Shown here: positions 37,613 to 48,468 of the stretch, one piece after another
Layout: every line of letters begins with the position of its first letter
Numbering within the stretch: the stretch's first letter is position 1
Assembly (NCBI GenBank): GCA_030059665.1
Contig: JANVYR010000001.1
Location: forward strand, 480,001-544,000
Source: Candidatus Calditenuis fumarioli
Lineage (GTDB): Archaea; Thermoproteota; Nitrososphaeria_A; Caldarchaeales; Calditenuaceae
Reading direction: 5' to 3'
DNA length: 64,000 nt
Program-made: the position numbers and the translations under genes
The notes under the pieces: model-generated
Told to the model about the DNA's origin: nothing
Seen by the model: the letters and a program-made list of their open reading frames with translations, nothing else
The model's database searches: none

Positions 37613-37704
37613 CTGTCGACCCCGAGTCGGGTCACCTATAACGATGACCGGGCCGGTTCGGGCGTCGACTGATAATTCCCCTTCCTTCTGGGGGTGAGCT
37701 TAAA

Positions 37705-38475
37705 TTGAGAGTCCGGCTGGATGCTGGAGGTGCGCGGAACGTTGAGCGGGTGGTCGAGATGCACCTGAAGAGGTTGGCGGCACCGGTAGTCTTCGACATA
37801 CCGCCGAAGGGGAAGAAGTTCGCTCCACGTCCGAGCCCAGGGCCCCATCCCATCGACTACTCGGTACCGCTGCTGGTGATAGTCCGGGACTGGTTGAGGT
37901 ACGCGTCGACCGCGAGGGAGGCGGAGAAGATCGTCCACCAGGGAAAGCTGCTCGTCGACGGCAGGGCCGTCCGGGACCCGAGGTTCCCCGTCGGGCTGAT
38001 GGACGTCCTCTCGGTACCGGAGACGGGCGAGATCTACAGGATGCTGCCGGTTTACAGGAGGGGGCTCAGGCTCGTGGAGATCGACAAGTCCGAAGCCGGC
38101 TTCAAGATCGGCCTCATCGTCAGGAAGCAGCACGTCAAGGGCGGAGCTCTTCAGTTCACCCTCCACGACGGAAGGAACGTCCTCGTCAAGCATCCGACCG
38201 AGAAGGACCTCTCGATCGGCACCTGGGACTCCTTCCAGATCAGCGTACCTGAGAACAAGGTGCTCGCCCACCTTTCGTTCGACGTTGGCAAGTACGCCCT
38301 GATCTACAGGGGTTCCAGGGCAGGCCTTCACGGCCCGGTCGTCGACTACGAGAGGGTCAGACGCTATCCCGCGAAGCAGCTCGTCACGATCCAGACCTCT
38401 GAGGGCGACATATCCACCATACTGGACTACGTCATGGTGGTGGGTGACGAGAGGCCATGGCTGAAGCTGCCGTGA
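37705..38475 (+). CDS. rps4e: 30S ribosomal protein S4e (start uncertain)
   Basis: HLKRLAAP, PSPGPHP, VDGRAVRD.RFPVGLMD, QFTLHDGRN. Confidence 0.95.
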   Translation: MRVRLDAGGARNVERVVEMHLKRLAAPVVFDIPPKGKKFAPRPSPGPHPIDYSVPLLVIVRDWLRYASTAREAEKIVHQGKLLVDGRAVRDPRFPVGLMDVLSVPETGEIYRMLPVYRRGLRLVEIDKSEAGFKIGLIVRKQHVKGGALQFTLHDGRNVLVKHPTEKDLSIGTWDSFQISVPENKVLAHLSFDVGKYALIYRGSRAGLHGPVVDYERVRRYPAKQLVTIQTSEGDISTILDYVMVVGDERPWLKLP

Positions 38476-39002
38476 GGGAGCAGGTCGAGCGGAAGGAGAA
38501 CCCGATGAGGAGGCTCAGGATAGAGAAGGTCGTGGTCAACTGCAGCGTCGGCGAGGCCGGCGCGAGGCTGGAGAGGGCTGTTAAGATCCTGGAGCAGCTC
38601 ACCGGTCAGAAGCCGTCGATCAGGAAGGCGAAGAAGACGATCAAGGGCTTCGGGATACACAAGGGAGAGCCCATCGCCGCGATGGTGACCCTCCGGAAGG
38701 AGAAGGCAGTTGAGTTCCTTCGAAGGGCCTTCGAGGCGGTGAGGAACACGATACGCGCGGAGAACTTCGACGAGTACGGGAACTTCGCCTTCGGCGTCAA
38801 GGAGCACCTCGACATGCCGGGGACCAAGTACGATCCGGAGCTGGGCATCATCGGGTTCGACGTGATAGTTCACATCTCGAGGCCCGGGCTGAGGGTGACG
38901 AGGAGGAGGATCAGGAGGTCGCGTATCCCGAGGGGCCACAGGCCCACAAAAGAGGAGGCGATTGAGTTCGTCCGCAGCACCTTCGGCGTCAACGTGGTCT
39001 GA
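38457..39002 (+). CDS. rpl5: 50S ribosomal protein L5
   Basis: NPMRRLRIEKVVVN, LTGQKP, GNFAFGVKEHLD. Confidence 0.96.
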   Translation: MAEAAVREQVERKENPMRRLRIEKVVVNCSVGEAGARLERAVKILEQLTGQKPSIRKAKKTIKGFGIHKGEPIAAMVTLRKEKAVEFLRRAFEAVRNTIRAENFDEYGNFAFGVKEHLDMPGTKYDPELGIIGFDVIVHISRPGLRVTRRRIRRSRIPRGHRPTKEEAIEFVRSTFGVNVV

Positions 39003-39037
39003 GCGATCGCCCGCTTTCTCACGGAAGACCTTGACCC

Positions 39038-39907
39038 GTGCAACGGGTTGACTTAATAGCGGCTGTTGTCGTCCGATGGCAGGAGGTCGAATTGGAGGAG
39101 AGGTGGGCGAGGAGGCTCGAGAGGCAGGAGGCTATAGCCGAGGTCAGGAACCGATTCCTCGAGAAGGACAGGAGCCTCGACAGGGCGGCTTTCGAGGAGG
39201 TCTTCGACGCCCAGACGCTCCTCACGGTCTACAGGCTGATGAAGAGGGGACTGATCGAGGACTTCCACGGCGTCATCAGCGCAGGAAAGGAGTCGAGGAT
39301 CTACCACGCCACGAGCAAGCAGAGAGAGGAGCTCGCGGTGAAGATCTACCTCGTCAACAACAGGGAGTTTCGGAGGGGCAGGCTCGAGTACCTCCAGACC
39401 GACGTCAGGCTTGGAAGGATAGGAGGGTCTGTGAGGAAGCTGATCTACGCGTGGGCCAAGAGGGAGTTCCTGAACCTGAAGCAGGCACACGAGGCGGGGG
39501 TTCCAGTACCTAAGCCCCACGCCGTCGCCAACAACGTTTTGGTGATGAGCTTCCTCGGTGAGAACGGACAGAGGTACCCGCTGCTCCGCGAGACCTCCCT
39601 TGGAGCCGACGAGTACGCTGTGATCTACCGCAGGGTGGTTGAGGGCATGAGGGCCCTCTACAGAGGAGCTGAGCTGATCCACGGCGACCTCAGCGAGTAC
39701 AACGTCATGTGCGGCCCAGACCTCTCCGTCTACTTCATCGACCTCTCACAGGCGGTGCTGATCCACCATCCACGTGCCGACTTCTACCTGATGAGGGACG
39801 TCCGGAACGTCAACAGGTTCTTCGCCTCGAAGGGGGTCGAGGTCCTCGGGGAGGAAGAGCTCTTCGAGCAGGTCGCCGGCCGGAAACCCTACGAACCGGT
39901 CGCGTGA
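39038..39907 (+). CDS. rio1: RIO1-family Ser/Thr kinase
   Basis: ISAGKES, AVKIY, WAKREFLNL, LIHGDLSEYN, IDLSQAV. Confidence 0.93.
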   Translation: MQRVDLIAAVVVRWQEVELEERWARRLERQEAIAEVRNRFLEKDRSLDRAAFEEVFDAQTLLTVYRLMKRGLIEDFHGVISAGKESRIYHATSKQREELAVKIYLVNNREFRRGRLEYLQTDVRLGRIGGSVRKLIYAWAKREFLNLKQAHEAGVPVPKPHAVANNVLVMSFLGENGQRYPLLRETSLGADEYAVIYRRVVEGMRALYRGAELIHGDLSEYNVMCGPDLSVYFIDLSQAVLIHHPRADFYLMRDVRNVNRFFASKGVEVLGEEELFEQVAGRKPYEPVA

Positions 39908-39989
39908 TGGGGGCGAGCCTCCGATCAAACAGGGCGACGTTCTCCCCGGTGCCTGATCCATAAATTTCAGCGGGTAGCAGGGATCCGGG

Positions 39990-40382
39990 ATGACCGTCTG
40001 GCACACCGACATCCACAAGAGGAAGAAGACCGGGGGAAGGAAGGGAGCCCATCGGAAGAAGCGGAGGTACGAGAGGGGCAGGGATCCGCTGCTGCCTGTT
40101 GTGGGTGAGCCCGAGAGGCTGGTCGAGCGCGTCAGGGGAGGCAACCTCAAGGTGAGGGTGAGGTACGACAAGTTCGCGAACGTGACCGACCCGTCCACCG
40201 GTAAGACGTCTCGGGTCCAGATCCTGAAGGTCCTGCAGAACCCGGCGAACCCGGACTTCAGCAGGATGGGCGTGCTCACGAGGGGTGCGCTGATCGAGAC
40301 GCCGCTCGGCGTCGCAAGGGTCACGTCGAAGCCCTCGTCAGACGGAGTGATCAACGCGGTTTTGGTGAAGGCTAAGGCGTGA
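39990..40382 (+). CDS. rps8e: 30S ribosomal protein S8e
   Basis: HKRKKTGG, RVRGGN, NPANPDF, TRGALIET. Confidence 0.96.
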   Translation: MTVWHTDIHKRKKTGGRKGAHRKKRRYERGRDPLLPVVGEPERLVERVRGGNLKVRVRYDKFANVTDPSTGKTSRVQILKVLQNPANPDFSRMGVLTRGALIETPLGVARVTSKPSSDGVINAVLVKAKA

Positions 40383-40383
40383 C

Positions 40384-40662
40384 ATGATCCGGAGGGACGG
40401 CTACGTCGTCTGGGTCCAGTACTTCAGCAGGGAGCTCTCCAGGTCCGAGGGGAGGAGGGTTCCCCTGAGGTTGGCGGTGAAGAACCCGACGGCCGATGAC
40501 GTGCTGAGGGCAGCGTCGAGGCTCGGGTGGGAGGCACGGAAGCTCGACCTGAGGTACCCTTCGCAGTGGTGGAGGCCAAGCTCCGCGGTCCTCGTCAGGC
40601 CCGACAGGCAGATGCGGAAGTCCCAGCTCTTGCTGCTCCTCGCGGAACGGATGAGGGGTTGA
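40384..40662 (+). CDS. srp19: Signal recognition particle protein SRP19
   Basis: VVWVQYF..ELSRSEGRRVP, YPSQWW. Confidence 0.9.
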   Translation: MIRRDGYVVWVQYFSRELSRSEGRRVPLRLAVKNPTADDVLRAASRLGWEARKLDLRYPSQWWRPSSAVLVRPDRQMRKSQLLLLLAERMRG

Positions 40663-40931
40663 AAGGGGAGAGGGTGGTGGTTCTCGGAGGGGTCGTCAGG
40701 AGCTTCGGCGACTCGGTCCTGGTCGTCTCCCGGGAGCCCGTCCCCATCGGCGCCAAGGTCTACTCCGAGAAGGGCGAGGTCGGTCACGTCTCGGACGTCT
40801 TCGGACCCAAGGACGAGGTGTACGTCCTGGTCAGGCTGGAGCCGGGTAGGGAGCCCGGGAGGCGGCTCTACGTTGTTCTGCCGTCGAGGAAGAGGGACGT
40901 AGGAGGGGCTTCGCGCAAAGCCCGATCCTGA
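40659..40931 (+). CDS. gar1: Gar1/Naf1-family H/ACA RNP protein
   Basis: IGAKVY...VGHVSDVFGP...YVLV; TTG start overlaps srp19 stop. Confidence 0.85.
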   Translation: MKGERVVVLGGVVRSFGDSVLVVSREPVPIGAKVYSEKGEVGHVSDVFGPKDEVYVLVRLEPGREPGRRLYVVLPSRKRDVGGASRKARS

Positions 40932-40988
40932 GTCCGTTGAACTCAAGATTTTATGGACGCCAAGATTGGCTAAGTGTGGACTGGCCGC

Positions 40989-41062
40989 GGGCCCGTAGCT
41001 CAGCCTGGCAGAGCGGCCGGCTCATAACCGGTAGGTCGTGGGTTCGAATCCCACCGGGCCCA
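40989..41062 (+). tRNA. tRNA with CAT anticodon, probably tRNA-Ile2 (agmatidine type) rather than Met
   Basis: GGGCCCG acceptor typical of archaeal Ile tRNAs; arm GCCGG-CT-CAT-AA-CCGGT. Confidence 0.85.
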
Positions 41063-41204
41063 CCTGTCTTTTCAAACCGAGGTTGTCGCGAGGCGGTGAC
41101 GTGCGGAAGGACTTGCATCTACTCCAACATGTTGCGGTTGATTGGCGGTCGCATACTATCTAATCCGACTCCTCTAGCCATGGGGATTCTGACACGCCGT
41201 CTTT

Positions 41205-41600
41205 CTATCGCACGTTCTCCAACTTTTCCAATTCGTTCAACATTTCAGAGAGCATCGCGGTGTTCAACCTGAATCTACCACGTCCTGCGAAGACAACAAA
41301 TGGATTAGATGTCAAGGCGTTCAACAGCTCGGTGCCTTTCAGCTGGGTGATCAACGATATTTCGCCCAAGTTGATAGTGTCATCCTCAATGAAACCTAAC
41401 GTCTTTGCCACGACCCTGCCCAACATGTAAGCCAAGAGAGTAGATATCCTGTTCGAAAACCGCCTTTTCAGAAGAACCACACCGTCTTCGGTCACCGCAA
41501 CGATCTCACCAATCCGATCGATTTCTTTGATTATCTCAGCCTTTTCGTCAAAGACAAGCCTCTTCAGCTCTCCCGGGATCTCCTTCGGTGGGCCTGCCAT
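41205..41600 (-). CDS. Hypothetical wHTH-like protein (paralog A), lower GC
   Basis: 131-aa ORF, visibly similar to the neighbour at 41607-42032. Confidence 0.7.
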   Translation of the reverse strand: MAGPPKEIPGELKRLVFDEKAEIIKEIDRIGEIVAVTEDGVVLLKRRFSNRISTLLAYMLGRVVAKTLGFIEDDTINLGEISLITQLKGTELLNALTSNPFVVFAGRGRFRLNTAMLSEMLNELEKLENVR

Positions 41601-41606
41601 GAGATG

Positions 41607-42032
41607 TTACCCCTCGGTTCTACTGCCGAGAGCTTTCTCAACTTTATCCAGAATTTCGTGAAGTCTGGCGAGCTGGACGATGTATCCACCTCGCTCCACC
41701 GTTTGAACGAGCTGCTGATCCTTGAGCTCCTTTAGGCGACCGGCTGTCGAGAAATAGTCAGCTCCGATCGCGGACGAAATCTCCTCTATCGTTGCCACGT
41801 CGTTCTCTATCAACCCGGCCTCTTTGGCGAGGCGCTTGCCTGCGAGGTACAGCAGCACCCGGGCCCAGATCGGCAGTTTCTCAAGCGGGACCAAAAAGAC
41901 GACCTTTCCGTCCCTAGTGAGCCGTATGAAACCCTTGACCCTGTCGATGAGGGCGGCCGTCAGCTCCTGCTCATCGATTATCAGCTCCCGCAACTTCGCC
42001 TTCAAATCCGCTTCTGACCCGGTTGAGGTCAT
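41607..42032 (-). CDS. Hypothetical wHTH-like protein (paralog B), lower GC
   Basis: 141-aa ORF; ATIEEISSAIG...RLKELKDQQLV...GGY resembles a winged helix. Confidence 0.7.
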   Translation of the reverse strand: MTSTGSEADLKAKLRELIIDEQELTAALIDRVKGFIRLTRDGKVVFLVPLEKLPIWARVLLYLAGKRLAKEAGLIENDVATIEEISSAIGADYFSTAGRLKELKDQQLVQTVERGGYIVQLARLHEILDKVEKALGSRTEG

Positions 42033-42327
42033 TTCTGGCAGACTGAGTTTTGCGAGACTAATAAATTTTACGAAAGATGCAGGTTCCTGAACCCGGCATT
42101 TCTGCGATCAAAAGCGCTATTTTCGTGAATTTCGCTCCGAGCGACCCGTTTACGCGCAAATGCAGCGACCTGTCGATGTGTGATCTCATAACGGCGAGTG
42201 CTCGACCCTTGGTGCTGAAGTCGAAGCGTGTCATCAGCGAAGACCGCAGCACAGCAATTGTGGACACAATCGTCATCGAGCCTTCTGCGCGGAAAACCCT
42301 AATGAAACTGCTGGGAATGGCGGTGTC

Positions 42328-43737
42328 GTGACTGACCGTGACGTAGTTTACCGGGTGCGGGCGCTTCTTGACGAGGACGGGAAGTTCCTTCCGGTTCTGG
42401 GCGGGCGCGGCGAAGGCGTCCTCACAGGAATCGGCACCATTGGGGGGAGATGGGTCGCGGTCTGGGCGAACGACCCGTCGGAGCGCGCAGGGGCCTTGAC
42501 CTCTCAGGGCATGAGGAAGGTGCTGAGGCTGACGGACCTGGCGGTGCGGTCAGGGATGCCAATCGTCTACCTCGCTGACTCCTCAGGTGCGGCGCTGCAG
42601 GAGGGGCCTGCCTCCCTCATCGCGGTGGGTGAGGTCTACAGGGCTCTGATCAAGGCTTCGAGGCGCGTTCCGAGGCTGGCGGCGGTGCTCGGAGGGTGCG
42701 TCGGCGGCAGCGTCTTCTTCGCGGCCTCGTCGGACGTCGTGGTGGGCAACCTCTCAGGAGGGTACGCGTTCGTCTCTGGTCCGAGGGCAGCCAGGTTCTT
42801 CACGGGAGAGGAGGTCGACGTGCAGGAGCTCGGCAACATCAGGAACTCCTTCAGCGCAGGGACCGTCCAGTTGGTAGGAGAGGACGAGGTCTCCTGTTTG
42901 AGGGTTCTGAGGAGGGTGCTCGGGTACCTCCCGTCCACGACCAGCGAGGTGCCTCCGAGGACAGGAGGGTGGAGCCCGCCGTCGTCGCGGCCCGAGGTCC
43001 CTGGGGGCGAGGACGAGCCCTACGACGTACGCGACGTGATAGCTGCGCTCGTCGACGAGGGGAGCTTCATCGAGCTCGATGCCGGCTACGGTGAGGCGGC
43101 GGTCGTGGGCCTCTCGAGGATCGCGGGGGAGGTTGTAGGGGTTGTTGCGAACCAGCCCTCGGAGAGAGGTGGCCTCATCGACTCGAGGTCGGCGGAGAAG
43201 ATGGCCAGGTTCGTCAGCCTCTGCGACAGGTTCAACATACCGCTGCTCACGCTCGTCGACACCCCGGGGTTCCTGCCGTCGAGGTCCGAGGAGCTCTCGG
43301 GCCTTCCCAGACACGGATCGAAGCTCCTCCACGCATACGCGGTCTCCGAGGTCCCGAAGGTGGCCGTGATCCTCCGGCGGGCCTACGCAGGCGGTTACGT
43401 CTCGATGTGCAGCAGGGGCATCGGGGCCGACTACGTCATAGGGTTGCCCAACGCGATCGTCGCGGTCCAACCTCCTCGCCTCGCCGCCGAGATAATCCAC
43501 AGAAGGGAACTCGAGCGAGCAGACCCGTCCGCCCGGGAGGAGCTTCTCCGGAGACTCTCCGAAGATTACGAGAGGACCTTCAGGGGCAAGGAGGCCCTCA
43601 TCGCGAACGGGGTGGTGGACGAGGTCGTCGAGCCCGGCGCCCTGAGGGAGAGGATCGTGGGTGTGATGGGCGCGCTGGTTGAAAGCTACCGCAAAAGGCT
43701 CAAGAACAGATCCAAGTTCTACTTCATCCCCTACTGA
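42328..43737 (+). CDS. Acyl-CoA carboxylase carboxyltransferase subunit
   Basis: DSSGAALQEG, GGCVGG, VGVVANQP, VDTPGFLP, AYAGGY. Confidence 0.92.
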   Translation: MTDRDVVYRVRALLDEDGKFLPVLGGRGEGVLTGIGTIGGRWVAVWANDPSERAGALTSQGMRKVLRLTDLAVRSGMPIVYLADSSGAALQEGPASLIAVGEVYRALIKASRRVPRLAAVLGGCVGGSVFFAASSDVVVGNLSGGYAFVSGPRAARFFTGEEVDVQELGNIRNSFSAGTVQLVGEDEVSCLRVLRRVLGYLPSTTSEVPPRTGGWSPPSSRPEVPGGEDEPYDVRDVIAALVDEGSFIELDAGYGEAAVVGLSRIAGEVVGVVANQPSERGGLIDSRSAEKMARFVSLCDRFNIPLLTLVDTPGFLPSRSEELSGLPRHGSKLLHAYAVSEVPKVAVILRRAYAGGYVSMCSRGIGADYVIGLPNAIVAVQPPRLAAEIIHRRELERADPSAREELLRRLSEDYERTFRGKEALIANGVVDEVVEPGALRERIVGVMGALVESYRKRLKNRSKFYFIPY

Positions 43738-43830
43738 GCCCATCCCGTCGGCGATCGGAACGTCTGACCGGCGTCCTCATCTACGCTGCGGGCTCCGGCG
43801 AGGGCTTAAAATTGGGCTCCGTGAATGTAA

Positions 43831-45459
<1,629 letters not shown>

Positions 45460-45505
45460 CGGAGGAATGAAAGTCGAGAATCGCCGAACGGTCACCAGGT
45501 GAGGG

Positions 45506-46255
45506 TCACTCCTCCACGACCTCAGGACCGTGTCCCAGCGTCAGCACGTGGAACCCGTAGACGTTGCACAGCTCCTCCGATGCGATGACCTCACCCAACG
45601 TGCCGAAGAAGGACCGGTCCCTGTTGACGCAGAGGACCTTGCTGCTGCGGAACGCTGCCAACGCCGAGACGTCGTGGGTGACCGTGATGACCGTCGTCCC
45701 CAGCTCCCTGTTCAGCCGTGTGATCAGTTTGAGGAAATCGGAGACGCCGGTGACGTCGATGTACGCGGTTGGCTCGTCGAGCAGAAGCAGCTCCGGTCCG
45801 TTGATCAGGGAGATGGCGAGTAGGACGCGCTGGAACTGTCCGCCGGAGAGGTGGAAGAGCGGCCTCTTCAATACCGACCCGGGGTCCTGGAAGCCCACCA
45901 ACCTCAGGACCTCGTTCACGTCCATCGCCCTCCCCCGGATCCGGGACGCCCTCAGGACCTCCTCGACCGAGACGGAGGTCCTCGAGAGCTGGGACATCGC
46001 GTTCTGAGGGACGTATCCGATCCTCCACCACTCCTTGAAGCGCTCTATGGGCGTGCCGAAGAGCTCGATCGAGCCCGAGGCCGGTTTGACGGCGCCGATC
46101 AGAGCCCTGAGGATGGTCGACTTCCCGGCACCGTTCGGTCCAAGGATGTAGAGCATGTCGCCGCGAGGTACCTCGAAGCTCACCCCTCTCACCGCGTACT
46201 GACCCCTCGAGTACGAGACCGAGAGGTCCTTGACCCTGACTACCACCTCCCTCAA
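45506..46255 (-). CDS. znuC: Metal (Zn/Mn) ABC transporter ATP-binding protein
   Basis: GPNGAGKST, IGYVPQ, LSGGQFQR, VTHD. Confidence 0.9.
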   Translation of the reverse strand: MREVVVRVKDLSVSYSRGQYAVRGVSFEVPRGDMLYILGPNGAGKSTILRALIGAVKPASGSIELFGTPIERFKEWWRIGYVPQNAMSQLSRTSVSVEEVLRASRIRGRAMDVNEVLRLVGFQDPGSVLKRPLFHLSGGQFQRVLLAISLINGPELLLLDEPTAYIDVTGVSDFLKLITRLNRELGTTVITVTHDVSALAAFRSSKVLCVNRDRSFFGTLGEVIASEELCNVYGFHVLTLGHGPEVVEE

Positions 46256-47199
46256 GCCTCGAACCCCTCCAGCAGCGCCTGCAGGTTCTCCCTCATCCGC
46301 TCAAGATATCCCCTGCCCGAGATGGCCTCCTCGAGGGTCATCGACTCCATGGTGTCCAGCCTCAGGACCTTCAGGCCGAGTTCCCGGGCGAACGACTCGA
46401 CGGTCTTAGAAACGGCCGACGGGTTGTCGACGTAGATCGCCTTTATCCCCTGCTCCTCGACCAGCGACCTCAGCTCAACCAGGTGCCTCGGGTCGGGCTC
46501 CTGCTCCTCGACGCCCTTGACGGCCACGTTGGTCAGCCCGAATTCCCGTGCGAGGTACCTGAAGGCCAGGTGCTCGGTGAGGAAGGCCCGTCCGGCGTAG
46601 GGTTTCAGGCGTTCCCGGTATTCCGCAAGAAGGGAATCAGCCCTCCCCACCAGCGTCGCCTCGTTCCGGTCTATCACCTCCCTCAGCTCGGGGTAGAGGG
46701 CCCTGAGGCTTTCTGCGATGTTCCTAACGAGCGCCACGTAGTTCCTGAGGGAGAGCCAGAGGTGAGGATCGATTCGATAGCGCATTTGTCGATCCTCCAT
46801 GCCAGACAACGGGATCGTCTCTACCCCTGGTGCCCTCTCGAGGATGACGATGGGCCCCCTGTAGCCTGAAGAAGCGACGAGGCCCCGCATCCATCCCTCC
46901 AGCGCGTCGGTGAGGTAGATCACCAGGGTCGCCCTGCTGACCTCGGAGACTTCTTTCGCTGACGGTTCCCAGTCGTGAACCTCCGCGCCCGGCGGCAAGA
47001 GGACCCTCACGGGCACCCTTCCGTCTGTGAGTCGATACACGATCTCCCCGATCAAAGCCGTCGAGACGACCACGTTCCCCCCACGACCGGTTTCAACTGC
47101 GGAGTCCTGGGGGAAGAGGTTGAAGGCTATGGCAGCCGCAGCTGCAGCCGCAAGGACCGCGGCCACCAGAACGAGGGGCCGCAGAACGCTCACCTGCAT
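46252..47199 (-). CDS. Metal ABC transporter substrate-binding protein (ZnuA/TroA cluster)
   Basis: EVHDWEP, DPHLWL, EHLAFRYLA; N-terminal membrane anchor; ATG 47199 chosen. Confidence 0.92.
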   Translation of the reverse strand: MQVSVLRPLVLVAAVLAAAAAAAIAFNLFPQDSAVETGRGGNVVVSTALIGEIVYRLTDGRVPVRVLLPPGAEVHDWEPSAKEVSEVSRATLVIYLTDALEGWMRGLVASSGYRGPIVILERAPGVETIPLSGMEDRQMRYRIDPHLWLSLRNYVALVRNIAESLRALYPELREVIDRNEATLVGRADSLLAEYRERLKPYAGRAFLTEHLAFRYLAREFGLTNVAVKGVEEQEPDPRHLVELRSLVEEQGIKAIYVDNPSAVSKTVESFARELGLKVLRLDTMESMTLEEAISGRGYLERMRENLQALLEGFEA

Positions 47200-47621
47200 G
47201 ACCAGTGAATCACCTCCTTGCCGTGGACGCAACGATCGGGCCAGTTGAGGGACCTGCACATGCTCGCGACGACGCGTTCTCCCACCAGATGTCCGATCTT
47301 GGAGGCCTCCCTGCAGGCGTATTCGACGTCGAGCCCAAACGCGATCACGAAGTACGACTCGATGACGCGATGGTTGTGAAGGAGCGTTTCTGCGGCTCTC
47401 CTCCCACGTGCCGTCAGCTCGAACCTCCCCCAGCCAGTCCTCCTCACCATTCCCTTTCCCTCCAGCCGCTTCAGTACCTCCGAGACCGTCGGCGGCCTCA
47501 CCCCAAGCCTCCTCGCCAGCTGAACCGTCCCCGGGCTTTCGCCCTCCTCGATCAACCGCTGCAGTTCCAGGAGGAACCTCGCATCCGAGCTGGACAGGTC
47601 CTGAAGCGAAACCTTAGGCAT
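47190..47621 (-). CDS. DtxR/MntR-family metal-dependent regulator
   Basis: LARRLGVRPPTVSEVLKRL, LHNHRVIESY, EASKIGH, CVHG. Confidence 0.92.
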   Translation of the reverse strand: MPKVSLQDLSSSDARFLLELQRLIEEGESPGTVQLARRLGVRPPTVSEVLKRLEGKGMVRRTGWGRFELTARGRRAAETLLHNHRVIESYFVIAFGLDVEYACREASKIGHLVGERVVASMCRSLNWPDRCVHGKEVIHWSCR

Positions 47622-47661
47622 CACCTAAATTAGGTGCATCCTAAATTTAGGATTCACCTCA
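47614..47661. promoter_or_regulatory. Three tandem TTAGG-N5-CCTAA palindromes (DtxR-family operator array)
   Basis: TTAGGCATCACCTAA 47614-47628, TTAGGTGCATCCTAA 47630-47644, TTAGGATTCACCTCA 47647-47661. Confidence 0.8.
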
Positions 47662-47721
47662 ATTTGCAACCCCTTGTGATATGCGCAACCTATAATTGGG
47701 GCGAGGTGACCCTGGACCCGA

Positions 47722-48429
47722 ATGGATAGGGCTGAAGCATCAGTTCTGATCCAGCACCTATTGCGTTGCCGGAGGCCGCCCGTTGCCATCCGGTTCATCT
47801 CTGAGGGAGAGGAGTTCCCGGAGCTCCCCCGATCGAACGAGTGGGTCCCCTCCAGCTGCGCCTTCTGGAACCTCGCGGCACAGCGCTCCTTCCTCACGTC
47901 ACCCGAGCAGCACGTGAACTGCAGCATCGGTGCGGTGACGCACGGCGTGAGAGGTCACGAGGAGGTGATGCCGGGGTGCGGGTGCGCCGACGTGGACGCC
48001 CTCATCGCGATGGGAAGGATCAGACCGGAGGATTTGACCTCCCTGCCCTCGGTACGGAGAAGACCTTCCTCGATCGCCTACGGGCCGCTCGAGGACTTCC
48101 CGGTGGAGCCCGACGTGGTCCTGATAGTGACTGAGGCGAGGGGCGCCCAGATGGTTTTCGAGGCCGCGAGGAGGGCTGGTCTGCCGGTGGAGGTGCAGGG
48201 GATGCCGACGTGCGCCGGCATACCGATCGCGCTCAACAACGGCTCGGTGGTGATAGGCCTCGGGTGCTCCACCAGCAGGCTCAGGGCTTCGTACGGAGAC
48301 CACGAGCTCGTCGTCTTCGTGCCAGGAAGGGCCCTCGAGAGGCTCGTCTCAAGCCTCGAGGATGTTGTGATCGCCGACAGGGCCCTTGTCGAGGCCGAGC
48401 TGGGGAACCGGAACCCCGGAGTCCGGTAA
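47722..48429 (+). CDS. DUF169 family protein
   Basis: PPVAIRF, CAFW, CSIGA, PDVVLI, PTCA, GLGC..SR, DHELVV. Confidence 0.8.
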   Translation: MDRAEASVLIQHLLRCRRPPVAIRFISEGEEFPELPRSNEWVPSSCAFWNLAAQRSFLTSPEQHVNCSIGAVTHGVRGHEEVMPGCGCADVDALIAMGRIRPEDLTSLPSVRRRPSSIAYGPLEDFPVEPDVVLIVTEARGAQMVFEAARRAGLPVEVQGMPTCAGIPIALNNGSVVIGLGCSTSRLRASYGDHELVVFVPGRALERLVSSLEDVVIADRALVEAELGNRNPGVR

Positions 48430-48468
48430 GTCCGGGAGAGCTCAAATATTCGGTCGGGGCACCGCTGG

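Noticed and set aside
40658-40665. GTTGAAAG handle-like octamer
   Set aside because: Lies in the srp19/gar1 stop-start overlap; no other repeat similarity
42077-42331. 84-aa ORF upstream of the carboxyltransferase
   Set aside because: Atypical codon usage and no motif; not supportable as a gene
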